From the NCBI GenBank assembly GCA_033855845.1, contig JAWVFR010000078.1, positions 10,013 to 74,012 on the forward strand: a DNA stretch of 64,000 bases, given 5' to 3'. Below, piece after piece: positions 36,052 through 45,995 of this stretch. The position numbers and the translations under genes are program-made. Position 1 is the first letter of the stretch. Every line of letters begins with the position of its first letter. This DNA is from Solirubrobacteraceae bacterium (lineage in GTDB: Bacteria > Actinomycetota > Thermoleophilia > Solirubrobacterales > Solirubrobacteraceae). The notes below the pieces were generated by a model. That model was given only the letters and a program-made list of their open reading frames with translations, was not told where the DNA came from and made no database searches.

Positions 36052-38000
36052 CCCAGCCACCCCCGAAGCTCCTCGACGCCATCGACGGCCCCGCCGACCT
36101 CCACGGCCTGTCCGACGACGAGCTCCAGCAGGTGGCGCAGGAGGTCCGCGAGCAGATCATCGACACGATCGGCGAGATCGGCGGCCATTTCGGCGCCAAC
36201 CTCGGAGCCTGCGAGCTGGCCGTCGCGGTCCACTCGGTCCTGGACAGCCCGCGCGACAAGGTCCTGTGGGACGTCGGTCACCAGGCCTATCCCCACAAGG
36301 TGCTCACCGGCCGGCGCGACCGGCTGGACACGATCCGCAAGTACGGGGGCCTGGCGCCCTTCTGCTCGATCGAGGAGTCCGAGCACGACATCATGGGTGC
36401 CGGCCACGCCTCGACCTCGATCGGCTACGCGGTGGGGCTCAAGCAGGCCATGCGAATGGGCCAGGGCGAGGACGGCCGGGTGGTCGCGGTCATCGGCGAT
36501 GGCGCCATGACCGGCGGCGTGGCCTTCGAGGCCGTCCACCTGGCCGGGGGTCTGGGGACGCCGTTCGTGGTGATCCTCAACGACAACGGGATGTCGATCG
36601 CGCCCAACGTCGGCGCGCTGTCGCGCTACTTCAACCGCGTGCGCCTGAACCCCAAGCTGTGGAAGGCGCGCGAGGGCGTGGAGGGCGGGCTGACGAAGCT
36701 CCCTGGCGGCATCGGCGCGCGCTTCGAGCAGTTCGGCCCCCACTTCAAGGAATCGATCAAGGCCTTCTGGGCCCCGGGCCTGTGGTGGGAGGAGCTGGAC
36801 TTCGCGTACATGGGCGTCGTGGACGGCCATGACGTCCGCGCGGTGCGCAGCGCGCTGAAGGAGGCCCTGGCGGCGGACCGTCCCGTCGTCCTGCACGTCG
36901 CCACGGTCAAGGGCAAAGGTTTCGCCCCCGCCGAGGAGGGCGACCTCGAAGGCATGGAGAAATGGCACGCCGCCAAGCCCAACTCCATCGCAAACGGCGC
37001 GCCCGCGGCGGCGGTCAAGGCGCCCAAGCCGGTCAAGCCCGCGCCGCCCCAGTACACGACGGTCTTCGGGCAGGCCCTGGTCGACGAGTGCCGGCGCGAC
37101 CCGCGCGTGGTCGGGATCACGGCGGCCATGAACTCCGGCACCGGGCTGAACATCCTCGAGAAGGAGATGCCCGAGCGCTACTTCGACGTGGGGATCGCGG
37201 AGCAGAACGCCGTGCTGTTCGCGGCCGGCATGGCGCTCCAGGGCGTCAAGCCGGTATGCGCGATCTACTCGACCTTCCTCCAGCGCGCGTTCGACCAGAT
37301 CGTCCACGACGTGGCACTGCAGTCGCTGCCGGTGGTGTTCGCGATGGACCGCGCCGGGCTGGTCGGCGACGACGGCCCCACGCACCACGGCGCCTTCGAC
37401 ATCGCCTACCTGCGCCCACTGCCCAACATGACGCTGATGGCTCCGCGCGACGAGGCCATGCTTCTTCACATGCTGCGCACCGCGGTGCAGCACGAGGGCG
37501 GCCCCGTCGCCCTGCGCTACCCCCGCGGCGAGGCGGCCGGCGTGGCGCTGCCGCCGCAGCCCCAGGCGATCGAGATCGGGACCGGCGAGGTCCTGCGCGA
37601 GGGGAACCGCGTGGCCGTCGTCGGCTACGGGAGCGGCGTGGGGAAGGGGCTGGAGGCCGCCGATCTGCTGGCCGAGCGCGGCCTGGAGGTCACCGTGGCC
37701 GACGCGCGTTTCGCGAAGCCGATCGATACCGCCCTGATGGCCCAGCTCGCGGCCGAGCACGAGCTGCTCGTGACCGTGGAGGAGGGCGTGCTGATGGGCG
37801 GCTTCGGCTCCGCCGTGTGGGAGGCGCTTTCCGAGGCCGGCCCGACGCCGCGGATCCTGCGCGTGGGCCTGCCCGATCGCTACGTCACCCACGGCAAGCC
37901 GGCGCTCCTGCACGAGGAGGTCGGCTTCACGGGCGAGAAGATCGCCCAGCGCATCGAGGCCGCGGTGCTGGACCCGCGGTCGGCCCTGGCCGGGGCGTAG
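36048..38000 (+). CDS. dxs: 1-deoxy-D-xylulose-5-phosphate synthase
   Basis: GTGA overlap start. GGHFGANLG, WDVGHQAYPHK, GDGAMTGG, IAEQNAV, DRAGLVGDDGPTHHG. Confidence 0.95.
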   Translation: MTQPPPKLLDAIDGPADLHGLSDDELQQVAQEVREQIIDTIGEIGGHFGANLGACELAVAVHSVLDSPRDKVLWDVGHQAYPHKVLTGRRDRLDTIRKYGGLAPFCSIEESEHDIMGAGHASTSIGYAVGLKQAMRMGQGEDGRVVAVIGDGAMTGGVAFEAVHLAGGLGTPFVVILNDNGMSIAPNVGALSRYFNRVRLNPKLWKAREGVEGGLTKLPGGIGARFEQFGPHFKESIKAFWAPGLWWEELDFAYMGVVDGHDVRAVRSALKEALAADRPVVLHVATVKGKGFAPAEEGDLEGMEKWHAAKPNSIANGAPAAAVKAPKPVKPAPPQYTTVFGQALVDECRRDPRVVGITAAMNSGTGLNILEKEMPERYFDVGIAEQNAVLFAAGMALQGVKPVCAIYSTFLQRAFDQIVHDVALQSLPVVFAMDRAGLVGDDGPTHHGAFDIAYLRPLPNMTLMAPRDEAMLLHMLRTAVQHEGGPVALRYPRGEAAGVALPPQPQAIEIGTGEVLREGNRVAVVGYGSGVGKGLEAADLLAERGLEVTVADARFAKPIDTALMAQLAAEHELLVTVEEGVLMGGFGSAVWEALSEAGPTPRILRVGLPDRYVTHGKPALLHEEVGFTGEKIAQRIEAAVLDPRSALAGA

Positions 38001-38014
38001 CCCTTCCAACAAAA

Positions 38015-38042
38015 GAAACGACCCGCCGAGGCGGGCCGTTTC
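38015..38042. terminator. hairpin between convergent dxs and the membrane-protein gene
   Basis: GAAACGACCCGCC-gag-GGCGGGCCGTTTC (one mismatch), 15 nt after the dxs stop. Confidence 0.5.
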
Positions 38043-38098
38043 TAGGGAGGAGAGATGTTGCTATGTGATGGGGCTGTGATCGATGAGGGAAGCTTGGG

Positions 38099-38464
38099 TC
38101 ACGCCCGCGCGCTGTAGCGCGTCGTGAGATTGAGGGCCGCCTGGAGGAAGGATGCGCCCGCGAACACGGCCGCGGCGGTCACGTCGCCGGCCAGGCCGAG
38201 CACCAGCGCGGCGCCGAGGAGGCCGATCGCGATGCCGCGATCGAAGGCGAAGTGGGCGGCGATGTGAATGCTGCGGCTGTCCTGGTCGGCGGTGGACAGG
38301 GCCAGTCCGACGATCAGGGCGCCGATGGCGACCGCGGCCACCAGGCCGGCGGCGCCGAAGCCGAGCACGAAGGGGGCGACCATGAGTGTCAGCCCGCCCA
38401 GCAGCTCGAGGACGGCGTGGGTGGGGAGGGAGATGAGTCGAAGTGCGGTCATCGCGAAACCCAT
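38099..38464 (-). CDS. small polytopic membrane protein
   Basis: Four hydrophobic segments. Start taken at ATG 38464 (MGFAMTAL...); 38452 and 38506 are alternatives. Confidence 0.55.
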   Translation of the reverse strand: MGFAMTALRLISLPTHAVLELLGGLTLMVAPFVLGFGAAGLVAAVAIGALIVGLALSTADQDSRSIHIAAHFAFDRGIAIGLLGAALVLGLAGDVTAAAVFAGASFLQAALNLTTRYSARA

Positions 38465-38536
38465 ACTGGCTGACTGGCCAGTCAACGTCTGTGATGCCGG
38501 GCACACTGGGCCGGGGCCCTGGAGGCCCCGAAGGGG

Positions 38537-38773
38537 CTAGTCGCGCGACGCGACCTTGCGGACGATCGTCCGCAGGCGGGCGCGGTCGTGCGCCGTGAAC
38601 GCCGAGGGGCCACCGGGCGCCTTGCGGACGATCCGCAGCAGGTCGTCCTGCTCGCGCTTGCTCAGGCGGTCCCAGCGCTTGCGGCCCTCCTGGGCGACCT
38701 GCACCGCCACCGTGAGGACCGTGACCCACGGAACGGCGCGCCCGCGGGCGATCAGGGAGGGAAGCTTCGCCAT
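38537..38773 (-). CDS. hypothetical protein
   Basis: 78-aa ORF with one hydrophobic segment and a basic C-terminal half. No family recognised. Confidence 0.45.
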   Translation of the reverse strand: MAKLPSLIARGRAVPWVTVLTVAVQVAQEGRKRWDRLSKREQDDLLRIVRKAPGGPSAFTAHDRARLRTIVRKVASRD

Positions 38774-38814
38774 CGAGCGTGGAAGGGTAGCGGGCAGCCG
38801 GTAGCGTTCCCGCC

Positions 38815-39615
38815 ATGGCCAGGGCGACGAAGGTGCGGCTGGACACGCTGCTCGCCCGGCGCGGGGTGTTCGATTCGCGCAGCCGGGCCGCCGCCTCCGT
38901 CCTGGCGGGCGAGGTGCACCTGGGCGCCGAGCGCCGCCGCGCCGACAAGCCGGGTCAGCTGGTGGCCGAGGACGTGCCGGTCCAGGTGGCCCAGGCGCCG
39001 GAATTCGTGTCGCGCGGCGGGCGCAAGCTGGCCAACGCGCTGGATGCCACCGGCCTGGACCCGGCCGGGCGCCGCGCGCTGGACGTGGGCGCCTCCACCG
39101 GCGGCTTCACGGACTGCCTGCTCCAGCGCGGTGCCACCCACGTCGTCGCGCTGGACGTGGCGTACGGCGAGCTGCACTGGGACCTGCGCAACGACTCGCG
39201 CGTGACGGTCGTGGAGCGCGCCAACGCCCGCCACCTGGAGCCCGGCCAGCTGCCCTACGCCCCTGACCTGGTGGTCCTGGACGTCTCCTTCATCTCCGCC
39301 GCGAAGGTCCTGCCTGCCGTGCTGGGGTGCACCGCGCCGTCCTGGGACGCGCTCGTGATGGTCAAGCCGCAGTTCGAGGCCGGGCGCGAGCACGTGGGCA
39401 AGGGCGGGGTCGTCCGCGACGCCGGCGCGCGCCGGGCCGCGCTGGTGAGCGTGGCGCAGGCCGCGCGGGGCCTGGGCGCGAGCGTGCTGGGCTTCGCGTC
39501 CTCGGGCCTCCCGGGCCCCAAGGGCAACCTGGAGACCTTCGTGTGGCTGGCGGAGGGCGGACGGTCCGGCGACCGGGAGGACCTCGAGGCCGCGGCCCGC
39601 GAGGTGGAGCCGTGA
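38815..39615 (+). CDS. tlyA: TlyA-family rRNA 2'-O-methyltransferase (S4 + FtsJ domains)
   Basis: RLDTLLARRG (S4), FVSRGG.KL, LDVGASTGGFTDCLLQRGA, VKPQFE. Confidence 0.9.
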   Translation: MARATKVRLDTLLARRGVFDSRSRAAASVLAGEVHLGAERRRADKPGQLVAEDVPVQVAQAPEFVSRGGRKLANALDATGLDPAGRRALDVGASTGGFTDCLLQRGATHVVALDVAYGELHWDLRNDSRVTVVERANARHLEPGQLPYAPDLVVLDVSFISAAKVLPAVLGCTAPSWDALVMVKPQFEAGREHVGKGGVVRDAGARRAALVSVAQAARGLGASVLGFASSGLPGPKGNLETFVWLAEGGRSGDREDLEAAAREVEP

Positions 39616-40466
39616 GCGCGCTGCGGATAGCCGTCCTCACGCACCGCCGGCCCGAGCAGATCGCCGGCGCCTTCGACACCCTGCGGCGCCTGGCGGCCGA
39701 GGCGGGCGCCGTCCTGCGCCTCGACGAAGAGGAGATGCGCAAGCACGGCGCCCGGAACGGCGAGCCGGGCATCGAGGCGGCCGAGCTGGGCGCCGAGGCC
39801 GACCTGTGCGTCGTGCTCGGCGGCGACGGCACGATCCTCACCGCCCTGGGCCTGTACGCGGAAACCGGGACCCCCGTGTTCGCGGTCAACTTCGGCGAGG
39901 TCGGCTTCCTGGCCACCGTCGACCCCGATCAGCTGGAGGACGGGCTGCGCCGGGCGCTGGCCGGCGACTTCGATCGCATGGAGCTGCCCGCGATGCACGT
40001 GCGCCTGGGCGACCGCGTGTACCGCGCGATCAACGACGTCTCCTTCCACCGCAAGCAGGGGCTGCGCGTCGCGGACCTGTCCTACACGATCGGCGAGGAC
40101 GAGATCGGGCGGGTCCGCTGCGACGGGCTTGTGGTGTCCACGCCGGCCGGGTCCACCGGCTACAACCTGGCCAACGGAGGCCCGGTGATGGCGTGGGGCG
40201 TGGAGGGCTACGTCGTCTCCTTCATCGCCCCGCACTCGCTCACCGCGCGGACCCTGGTCGTGGCCCCCAACGACACGCTCACCGTGCGCAACTGCTCGCG
40301 CGACGAGTCCGCCGACGTGACCGTGGACGGGCGGGTGGCCTGCGAGCTGGCCGCGGGCGACGGCCTCGGATTGACCTTCGTCGACCGCCAGGCCGTGCTC
40401 GCCCAGCTGCCCGGGGCGACCTTCTACCACCGCCTGCGCGAGAAGTTCGGCCGGCTGGCGTTCTGA
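39612..40466 (+). CDS. nadK: NAD kinase
   Basis: GTGA overlap start. VLGGDGT(I)L, NFG.VGFL, DGL(V)VSTP(A)GSTGY. Confidence 0.92.
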   Translation: MSALRIAVLTHRRPEQIAGAFDTLRRLAAEAGAVLRLDEEEMRKHGARNGEPGIEAAELGAEADLCVVLGGDGTILTALGLYAETGTPVFAVNFGEVGFLATVDPDQLEDGLRRALAGDFDRMELPAMHVRLGDRVYRAINDVSFHRKQGLRVADLSYTIGEDEIGRVRCDGLVVSTPAGSTGYNLANGGPVMAWGVEGYVVSFIAPHSLTARTLVVAPNDTLTVRNCSRDESADVTVDGRVACELAAGDGLGLTFVDRQAVLAQLPGATFYHRLREKFGRLAF

Positions 40467-40471
40467 GCGCG

Positions 40472-40503
40472 CCGGGGGCGGGGCGCGATCGCCCCGCCCC
40501 CGG
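40472..40503. terminator. perfect GC palindrome hairpin after nadK
   Basis: CCGGGGGCGGGGCG-cgat-CGCCCCGCCCCCGG, 5 nt after the nadK stop. Confidence 0.5.
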
Positions 40504-40659
40504 TCGCAACACCTAGCGCCGGATGAGGATGAACCGGTCCCGGGTGGCGCGCAGCGCGGCATCGAGGACGAGCGGCCGGCGGCGCTCGGGCCCGAGGTGG
40601 GCGGCGCGGGGCCGCCCGGAGGCGGACGGTGTGCCGGCGCGCGCCATCCGCTGACGGGA

Positions 40660-41318
40660 CTACCCGGGCTGCGGGCGTCGCCCAGAATCAGGGGGCGTAC
40701 GATCGACGGCGCCTTCGGGAGCATTCCGTGGTCGAGGCGCTCGACGAGCAGCGGTGACGCCTCCAGCGTCGCCGGCGTGTCGCGATTGCAGTGGCAGCCG
40801 GCGCCCATGAAGCGCCAGGGCCGCTCCAGGCGGTCCTGCCAGCGCGCGACGCGGGGATCGTCGGAGCGGACGTGCTCCAGGAACAGAAGGTGGCCCCCGG
40901 GGCGCAGGACGCGGTTCACCTCGGCGAGGGTCCGGGCCGGGTCGTCCACGGTGCACAGCACGAGGGTCCCGACCACGGTGTCGAAGCGGTCGTCCGGGAA
41001 TGGGAGCCGCTCGGCCGGGGACTCGACCACCTCCACCGCCCGGGCCTCGGCGGACGCGCGCTCGCGCAGGCGCCGGGCCATGTGCTCGCTGGGCTCGGTG
41101 AGGACCAGCTCCGTGACCGCGGCCGGGTAGAGGTCGAGGTTGAGGCCGGTGCCCGCGCCCAGCTCCAGCGTGGCGCCCTCGGCCTCGGACAGCAGCTCGC
41201 GGCGGCGATCGCGCAGGCCCGCGTCCTCGGTGCCGGCGAGCATGCGGTCGTAGAGGGCGGCGAACCCTCGTCCCCAGGTGGCCTCGTAGACGCGGCCCAC
41301 CCGCCGAGCCTCCCACAA
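40660..41318 (-). CDS. class I SAM-dependent methyltransferase; 3' end unresolved (no in-frame stop, possible frameshift)
   Basis: LELGAGTGLN (motif I), PFPDDRFD, LRPGGHLLFLEH. Homology-like sequence ends near 40690, but the frame stays open to 39255, antisense through nadK and tlyA. A TAG lies in the +1 frame at 40660-40662. Confidence 0.55.
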
Positions 41319-41400
41319 ACGCCCCCCGGACTGTCACGAGAGACCCGCGGTGAGCGGTTTCGGTGCCGGTCCGTCGGACGCCGCTGGTACACCGTCGCCC

Positions 41401-43077
41401 GTGCTCAACGAACTGCGCGTGGAGAACCTGTTGCTGATCGAGCGGGCCGAACTGCGGCTCGCGCCCGGCCTGAACGTCCTCACGGGCGAAACGGGGGCGG
41501 GGAAGACCGTGCTGGCCCACGCCCTGGACCTGCTGCTGGGGGGCCGCGCGCGCAGCGGGATCGTGCGCCCGGGCGCCCGGGAGGCGTGGGTGGAGGGGGC
41601 GTTCGAGCTGACGGACGCGCTGCGCGAGGAGCTGGGGGAGCGCCTGCCGCAGGACGCCGAGGAGCTGGTGCTGGCCCGGCGCGTGAGCGCGGAGGGCCGC
41701 ACGCGCGCGTACCTGAACGGGCGGTCCACCGGCGCGGGCGAGCTGCGCGACCTCGCCGCCGGGCTGATCGCCTTCTACGGGCAGCACGAGCACCGCAAGC
41801 TGACGCTGGCCTCGGCCCAGCTGGACGTGCTGGACGGGTTCTGCGGGCCGGCGCAGCAGGAGCGCCGGGCGGCGTACTCGCAGGCGTGGGCCCGTGCGCG
41901 CGACCTGCGCGCCGAGCTGGCCGAGCTGCGCGCTCGGGCCGGGGCGCGCGACCGCGAGCTCGACCTGCTGCTGTTCGAGCTCGAGGAGATCGAGGTCGCG
42001 GCCCCGGACGAGTCCGAGGAGCGCGAGCTCGCGGCCGAGCGCGACCGGCTGCGCCACCTGGAGGGCCTGCGCGCCGCCGCGCTGGCCGGGGCCGAGGCGG
42101 TGTCGCCCGAGTCGGGCGGTACGGGCGCGGCGTCGCTGCTAGCGGCGGCGTCGCGGGAGCTGGATGCGCTGGCGGGGGTGGACGCACGGCTGGACGCGCT
42201 GGCCGAGCGCGTCCGCGCCGCGCAGCTGGAGCTGGAGGACGCCGGGGCGGAGTTGCGCTCCTACGAGCAGGAGATCGAGGGCGCGCCGGGCCGCCTGGAG
42301 GAGGTCGAGGAGCGCCTCGCCGGGCTCGACCGGCTGCGGCGCAAGCACGGCGGGACGATCGCGGCGGTGCTCGAGCACGCGGAGCGCTGCCGCGAGCGCC
42401 GCGACGAGCTGACCGGGGCCGAGGAGGCGATCGAGGAGGCCCAGGGCCGCCTGGATGCGGCCGAGGCGCAGCTGGCCCAGCTGGCGGGCGCGCTGGGCGA
42501 CGCGCGGCGCGAGGCGGCCCCGCGCCTGGCCGAGGCGGTGCGGGCGCGGCTGGGGGAGCTGGCGATGGAGGGCGCCTCGTTCGAGGTCGCGCTCACCCCG
42601 CGCGAGGAGCCGGCCGCCACCGGCGCCGAGTCCGTCGAGCTGCTGATCGCCCCCAATCCCGGCGTGCCCGCGGCGCCGCTGCGCGAGATCGCCTCCGGCG
42701 GCGAGCTCTCGCGCGTGATGCTGGCGCTGACCGGTGTCGCCGCCGAGGCCGGGCCGGCCGCCGCGGAGGCCCCGCTCCTGGTGTTCGACGAGATCGACGC
42801 GGGCATCGGGGGCCACACCGCGCGCGCCGTCGGCGAGCGGCTGCGGGCCCTGGCCCGGGGACGGCGTGTCCTGTGCATCACGCACCTGCCCCAGGTCGCC
42901 TCCCTGGCCGACCGCCACTTCCGCATCGAGAAGGACACGGCCGCCGACCCCGCCCGGGCCACGGTCGAGGAGGTCACCGGCGGCTCGGTGGTGGAGGAGC
43001 TGGTCCGCATGCTCGGCGCCGACGAGGACGACGCGGGTGCACGCAAGCACGCAAAGGAGCTGCTCAAGGCCGCGTAG
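41401..43077 (+). CDS. recN: DNA repair protein RecN
   Basis: LNELRVENLLLIERAEL, GETGAGKT, long coiled coils, C-terminal SGGELSR and LVFDEIDAGIGG. GTG 41401 preferred; GTG 41350 is the alternative. Confidence 0.9.
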   Translation: MLNELRVENLLLIERAELRLAPGLNVLTGETGAGKTVLAHALDLLLGGRARSGIVRPGAREAWVEGAFELTDALREELGERLPQDAEELVLARRVSAEGRTRAYLNGRSTGAGELRDLAAGLIAFYGQHEHRKLTLASAQLDVLDGFCGPAQQERRAAYSQAWARARDLRAELAELRARAGARDRELDLLLFELEEIEVAAPDESEERELAAERDRLRHLEGLRAAALAGAEAVSPESGGTGAASLLAAASRELDALAGVDARLDALAERVRAAQLELEDAGAELRSYEQEIEGAPGRLEEVEERLAGLDRLRRKHGGTIAAVLEHAERCRERRDELTGAEEAIEEAQGRLDAAEAQLAQLAGALGDARREAAPRLAEAVRARLGELAMEGASFEVALTPREEPAATGAESVELLIAPNPGVPAAPLREIASGGELSRVMLALTGVAAEAGPAAAEAPLLVFDEIDAGIGGHTARAVGERLRALARGRRVLCITHLPQVASLADRHFRIEKDTAADPARATVEEVTGGSVVEELVRMLGADEDDAGARKHAKELLKAA

Positions 43078-43087
43078 ACTTGGGCCC

Positions 43088-44269
43088 GTGGCCGTCTCTG
43101 GGACTACAGGCGAGCCTGCGGCAGGTTCGGCCGGCGCCGTTCGCGAGGTGGCGGGCATCGCGCGCCTCGGCAAGCGCACGAAGCGGCTGGTCAAGCGCCT
43201 GCGTCGCGGGGACATCGCCATCATCGATCACCTCGACCTCGACCGTGTCTCGGCCGAGGACCTGATCGCGTGCGGCGTGGAGGCCGTGGTCAACTGCGCG
43301 CTGTCGACGAGCGGGCGCTATCCCAACGCCGGGCCGCTGCTGCTGGTGCAGGCGGGGATCCACCTCGTGGACGCGCCCGGTGCGCCGCTGTTCGACCTGC
43401 TCGACGAGGGGGACCCGATCGTGCTGCGTGGCGGCGAGATCCTCCGCCACGGCCAGGTCGTCGCCCGCGGCGACCTGCAGGACCCCAAGACCGTCCAGGA
43501 CCTCACCGACCAGCGCCGGCGCGAGATCGGCGAGGCGCTGGAGGCCTTCGCGCACAACACCGTCGAGCACATGGTTCAGGAGAAGGAGCTGCTGGCCGGC
43601 AAGCTCGAGCTGCCCCAGTTCGCGACCGAGTTCCGCGACCGCACCGCGCTGGTGGTCGTGCGCGGGGTGGACCACAAGCGCGACATCAAGGCCCTGCGGC
43701 CCTACATCCGCGACACGCGGCCCGCGCTCGTGGGCGTGGACGGCGGCGCCGACGCCCTCATCGAGGAGGGCTTCAAGCCGGACATGATCGTGGGGGACAT
43801 GGACTCGGCCACGGAGGCCACGCTGCGCAGCGGGGCCGAGCTGGTCGTCCACGCCTACCCCGACGGGCGCGCGCCGGGCCGCGAGGCCGTGGAGCGCCTG
43901 GGCCTGCCCTACAAGATCGTCCCCGCCCCGGCCACCAGCCAGGACGTCGCGATGCTGATCGCCGCGGAGAAGGGCGCGTCGCTGATCGTGTCCGTCGGCT
44001 CGCACTTCAACCTGGTCGAGTTCCTGGACAAGAACCGCCGGGGCATGTCGTCCACGTTCCTGACCCGCCTGCGGATCGGCGAGATCCTGGTGGACGCCAA
44101 GGGTGTGAGCCGGCTCTACCGTCCGCAGCCCGGCTCGGCCCCGATGCTCCTGCTGCTGGTTGTGGGCGTGCTGCTCTTCACCGCGGTGATCCTCGCCACG
44201 CCGGGACTGCGCGAGGTGGCCGACCTGCTGTGGCTCAAGCTCAGGGTCCTGCTGGGCATGGACCTCTAG
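43088..44269 (+). CDS. steA: SteA-like cytokinetic-ring-associated protein (thiamine pyrophosphokinase-like domain, C-terminal TM)
   Basis: RTKRLVKRLRRGDIAIIDHLDLDRVSAEDL, SGRYPNAGP, GVDGGAD, IVGDMDS. Located after recN, as in mycobacteria. Confidence 0.8.
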   Translation: MAVSGTTGEPAAGSAGAVREVAGIARLGKRTKRLVKRLRRGDIAIIDHLDLDRVSAEDLIACGVEAVVNCALSTSGRYPNAGPLLLVQAGIHLVDAPGAPLFDLLDEGDPIVLRGGEILRHGQVVARGDLQDPKTVQDLTDQRRREIGEALEAFAHNTVEHMVQEKELLAGKLELPQFATEFRDRTALVVVRGVDHKRDIKALRPYIRDTRPALVGVDGGADALIEEGFKPDMIVGDMDSATEATLRSGAELVVHAYPDGRAPGREAVERLGLPYKIVPAPATSQDVAMLIAAEKGASLIVSVGSHFNLVEFLDKNRRGMSSTFLTRLRIGEILVDAKGVSRLYRPQPGSAPMLLLLVVGVLLFTAVILATPGLREVADLLWLKLRVLLGMDL

Positions 44270-44284
44270 GCTCTCCGGCCGCAC

Positions 44285-45133
44285 ATGTTCGACTTCCGCT
44301 ACCACGCGCTCTCGCTCGTCTCCGTCTTCATGGCGCTGATGATCGGCCTGCTCCTGGGCGTCGCCATCGGCGACCAGGGCCTGGTCTCCAGCGCCGAGCG
44401 CAACGTCCGCGATTCGCTGCGCGGCGACGTCCGCAAGGCCAACGCCCGGTCGGCCAAGCTCGCCCGCGAGCTGCGCGACCGGGCGGCCTTCGAGGACGCG
44501 CTCTACCCGCTGCTGGTGGAGAACCGCCTGGCCGGACGGCGCATCGGGCTCGTCGGCCTCGGGGATCTGCCCGACAGCACGATCCAGCAGGTCCGCCAGG
44601 CCCTGGAGGGCTCCGGCGGGCGCCTGGGCGGCGTCGCCGTCATCGCCGAGCCCCCGCCCGAGGGCGCGGCCTCGGCGACCAAGGGCGCCGGCAAGCCACC
44701 GGTCCCCGCCGACTACACGCGCCTGGGCCGCGACCTGGGCGCGGCGCTGGTGAAGGGAGGCCGCGCCGTGCGCCAGTACCGCTCGGTCCTGACCTCCTTC
44801 AGCGGGCGCCTGGACGCCCTGGACGGCGTCATCGTGTTCCACGCCCCGCGCACGACCCAGGGCGACGACGCCACCCGCACCGAGGCGTTCGAATCCGGTC
44901 TCCTGGAGGGCCTGCAGGCCGGCGACCGCGCCCGCGTGGCCGGGGTGGAGGAGAGCTCCACCGATCCGTCGCAGGTGGCCTGGTTCAAAGACCACCGCCT
45001 CTCCAGCGTGGACAACATCGACTCGCTGGCCGGCAAGGCCGCGCTCGTCTTCGTCCTGCTGGGCGCGAACGGCGCCTACGGCCAGAAGGACTCGGCGCAG
45101 GCGCTGCTGCCCACCGCCGGGGCCACCCCGTAG
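44285..45133 (+). CDS. MctB/SteB-like copper-transporter-family membrane protein
   Basis: MFDFRYHALSLVSVFMALMIGLLLGVAIG is the hallmark N-terminus of this family. Synteny with recN-steA. Confidence 0.75.
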   Translation: MFDFRYHALSLVSVFMALMIGLLLGVAIGDQGLVSSAERNVRDSLRGDVRKANARSAKLARELRDRAAFEDALYPLLVENRLAGRRIGLVGLGDLPDSTIQQVRQALEGSGGRLGGVAVIAEPPPEGAASATKGAGKPPVPADYTRLGRDLGAALVKGGRAVRQYRSVLTSFSGRLDALDGVIVFHAPRTTQGDDATRTEAFESGLLEGLQAGDRARVAGVEESSTDPSQVAWFKDHRLSSVDNIDSLAGKAALVFVLLGANGAYGQKDSAQALLPTAGATP

Positions 45134-45167
45134 CCCCATCCGCCGCGCCCGCGTCTAGGCTCGCCCC

Positions 45168-45995
45168 GTGCCGGCTCTGCCGCTGATCGTCTCCGCCGCG
45201 GTGGCGCTCCTGATCGCGCCCGCGATGCTGCGGACCCTGGGCGACAGCCGGCTGGCCATGGCCAACTACCGCGGCGTCACGCTGCCCTTCCCGGCCGGCA
45301 CCGTGGTCGTGGCCGCGGCCGCGCTGGCCGCCGGCCCGCTGGCCCTGATCCAGGAGCTGGGGGTCGCCGACGACGTGCTGTCGCCCGACCTGCGCGCGGT
45401 CGCGGTCTACTGCTTCGGCGTCGCCGCCCTCGGGCTGCTGGACGACGCGCTGGGCGGGGAGCCGCGCGGGTGGCGCGGGCACGGCGCCGCGGTCCTGCGC
45501 GGCGGGATCAGCACCGGGGCCCTGAAGGCGGCGGGCTCGCTGGGCCTGGCGCTGTACGCGCTCTCGGGCCTGGGCCTGGGCGGCGGCGAGTACCTGCTGG
45601 CGGTGGCCGTGCTGGTCCTGTGCACCAACCTGTTCAACCTCCTCGACCTGCGGCCCGGGCGCTCGGCGAAGGCCTTCGTCCTGCTGGGAGCCGGCCTCAC
45701 GCTCGGCACCTGGGACGTCGACGTGCTGTGGACCCTGGGCCTGTTCGCCGGCGCCGCGGTGGTGGTCGGGGCCTTCGACCTGCGCGAGCGCGCGATGCTC
45801 GGCGACACCGGCTCCAACCTGCTCGGGGCGCTCGCCGGCCTGTGGATCGTCCTCGCGCTGGGCACCGTGGGGCAGGCGATCGCCCTCGCGGTCGTCCTGG
45901 CGATCACGATCTATGGGGAATTTCGGTCAATCTCCTCACTCGTCGAACGGGCTCCGCTGCTGCGCCAGCTAGACTCGTTCGGCAGACCTGCATGA
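45168..45995 (+). CDS. MraY/WecA-like (GT4) polyprenyl-phosphate glycosyl-phosphate transferase family membrane protein (tentative)
   Basis: Polytopic, with [18 protein letters not shown] and GDTGSNLLG motifs. GTG start. Its stop overlaps the pyrG start. Confidence 0.6.
   Translation: MPALPLIVSAAVALLIAPAMLRTLGDSRLAMANYRGVTLPFPAGTVVVAAAALAAGPLALIQELGVADDVLSPDLRAVAVYCFGVAALGLLDDALGGEPRGWRGHGAAVLRGGISTGALKAAGSLGLALYALSGLGLGGGEYLLAVAVLVLCTNLFNLLDLRPGRSAKAFVLLGAGLTLGTWDVDVLWTLGLFAGAAVVVGAFDLRERAMLGDTGSNLLGALAGLWIVLALGTVGQAIALAVVLAITIYGEFRSISSLVERAPLLRQLDSFGRPA

Noticed and set aside
38055-38117. 20-codon ORF (MLLCDGAVIDEGSLGHARAL) with SD GGAGG just after the dxs hairpin.
   Set aside because: It has low-GC codon usage, overlaps the 3' end of the convergent membrane-protein gene, and no family is recognisable.
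40513-40647. 44-codon minus-strand ORF (MARAGTPSASGRPRAAHLGPERRRPLVLDAALRATRDRFILIRR) downstream of the methyltransferase.
   Set aside because: High GC3 is not informative here because all three codon positions are GC-rich in this stretch. There is no SD or recognisable motif. It may be relevant only if the methyltransferase 3' end is re-examined.
39255-40659. The distal 1.4 kb of the 687-aa methyltransferase ORF as real coding sequence.
   Set aside because: It is antisense to the well-supported nadK and tlyA genes and has an Arg/Gly/Pro-rich artefact-like translation.
41350-41400. Upstream GTG starts for recN (41350), pilM (18888) and the L,D-transpeptidase (27933).
   Set aside because: The added codons show reduced GC3, and family N-termini align better with the downstream starts. 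These remain possible alternatives.
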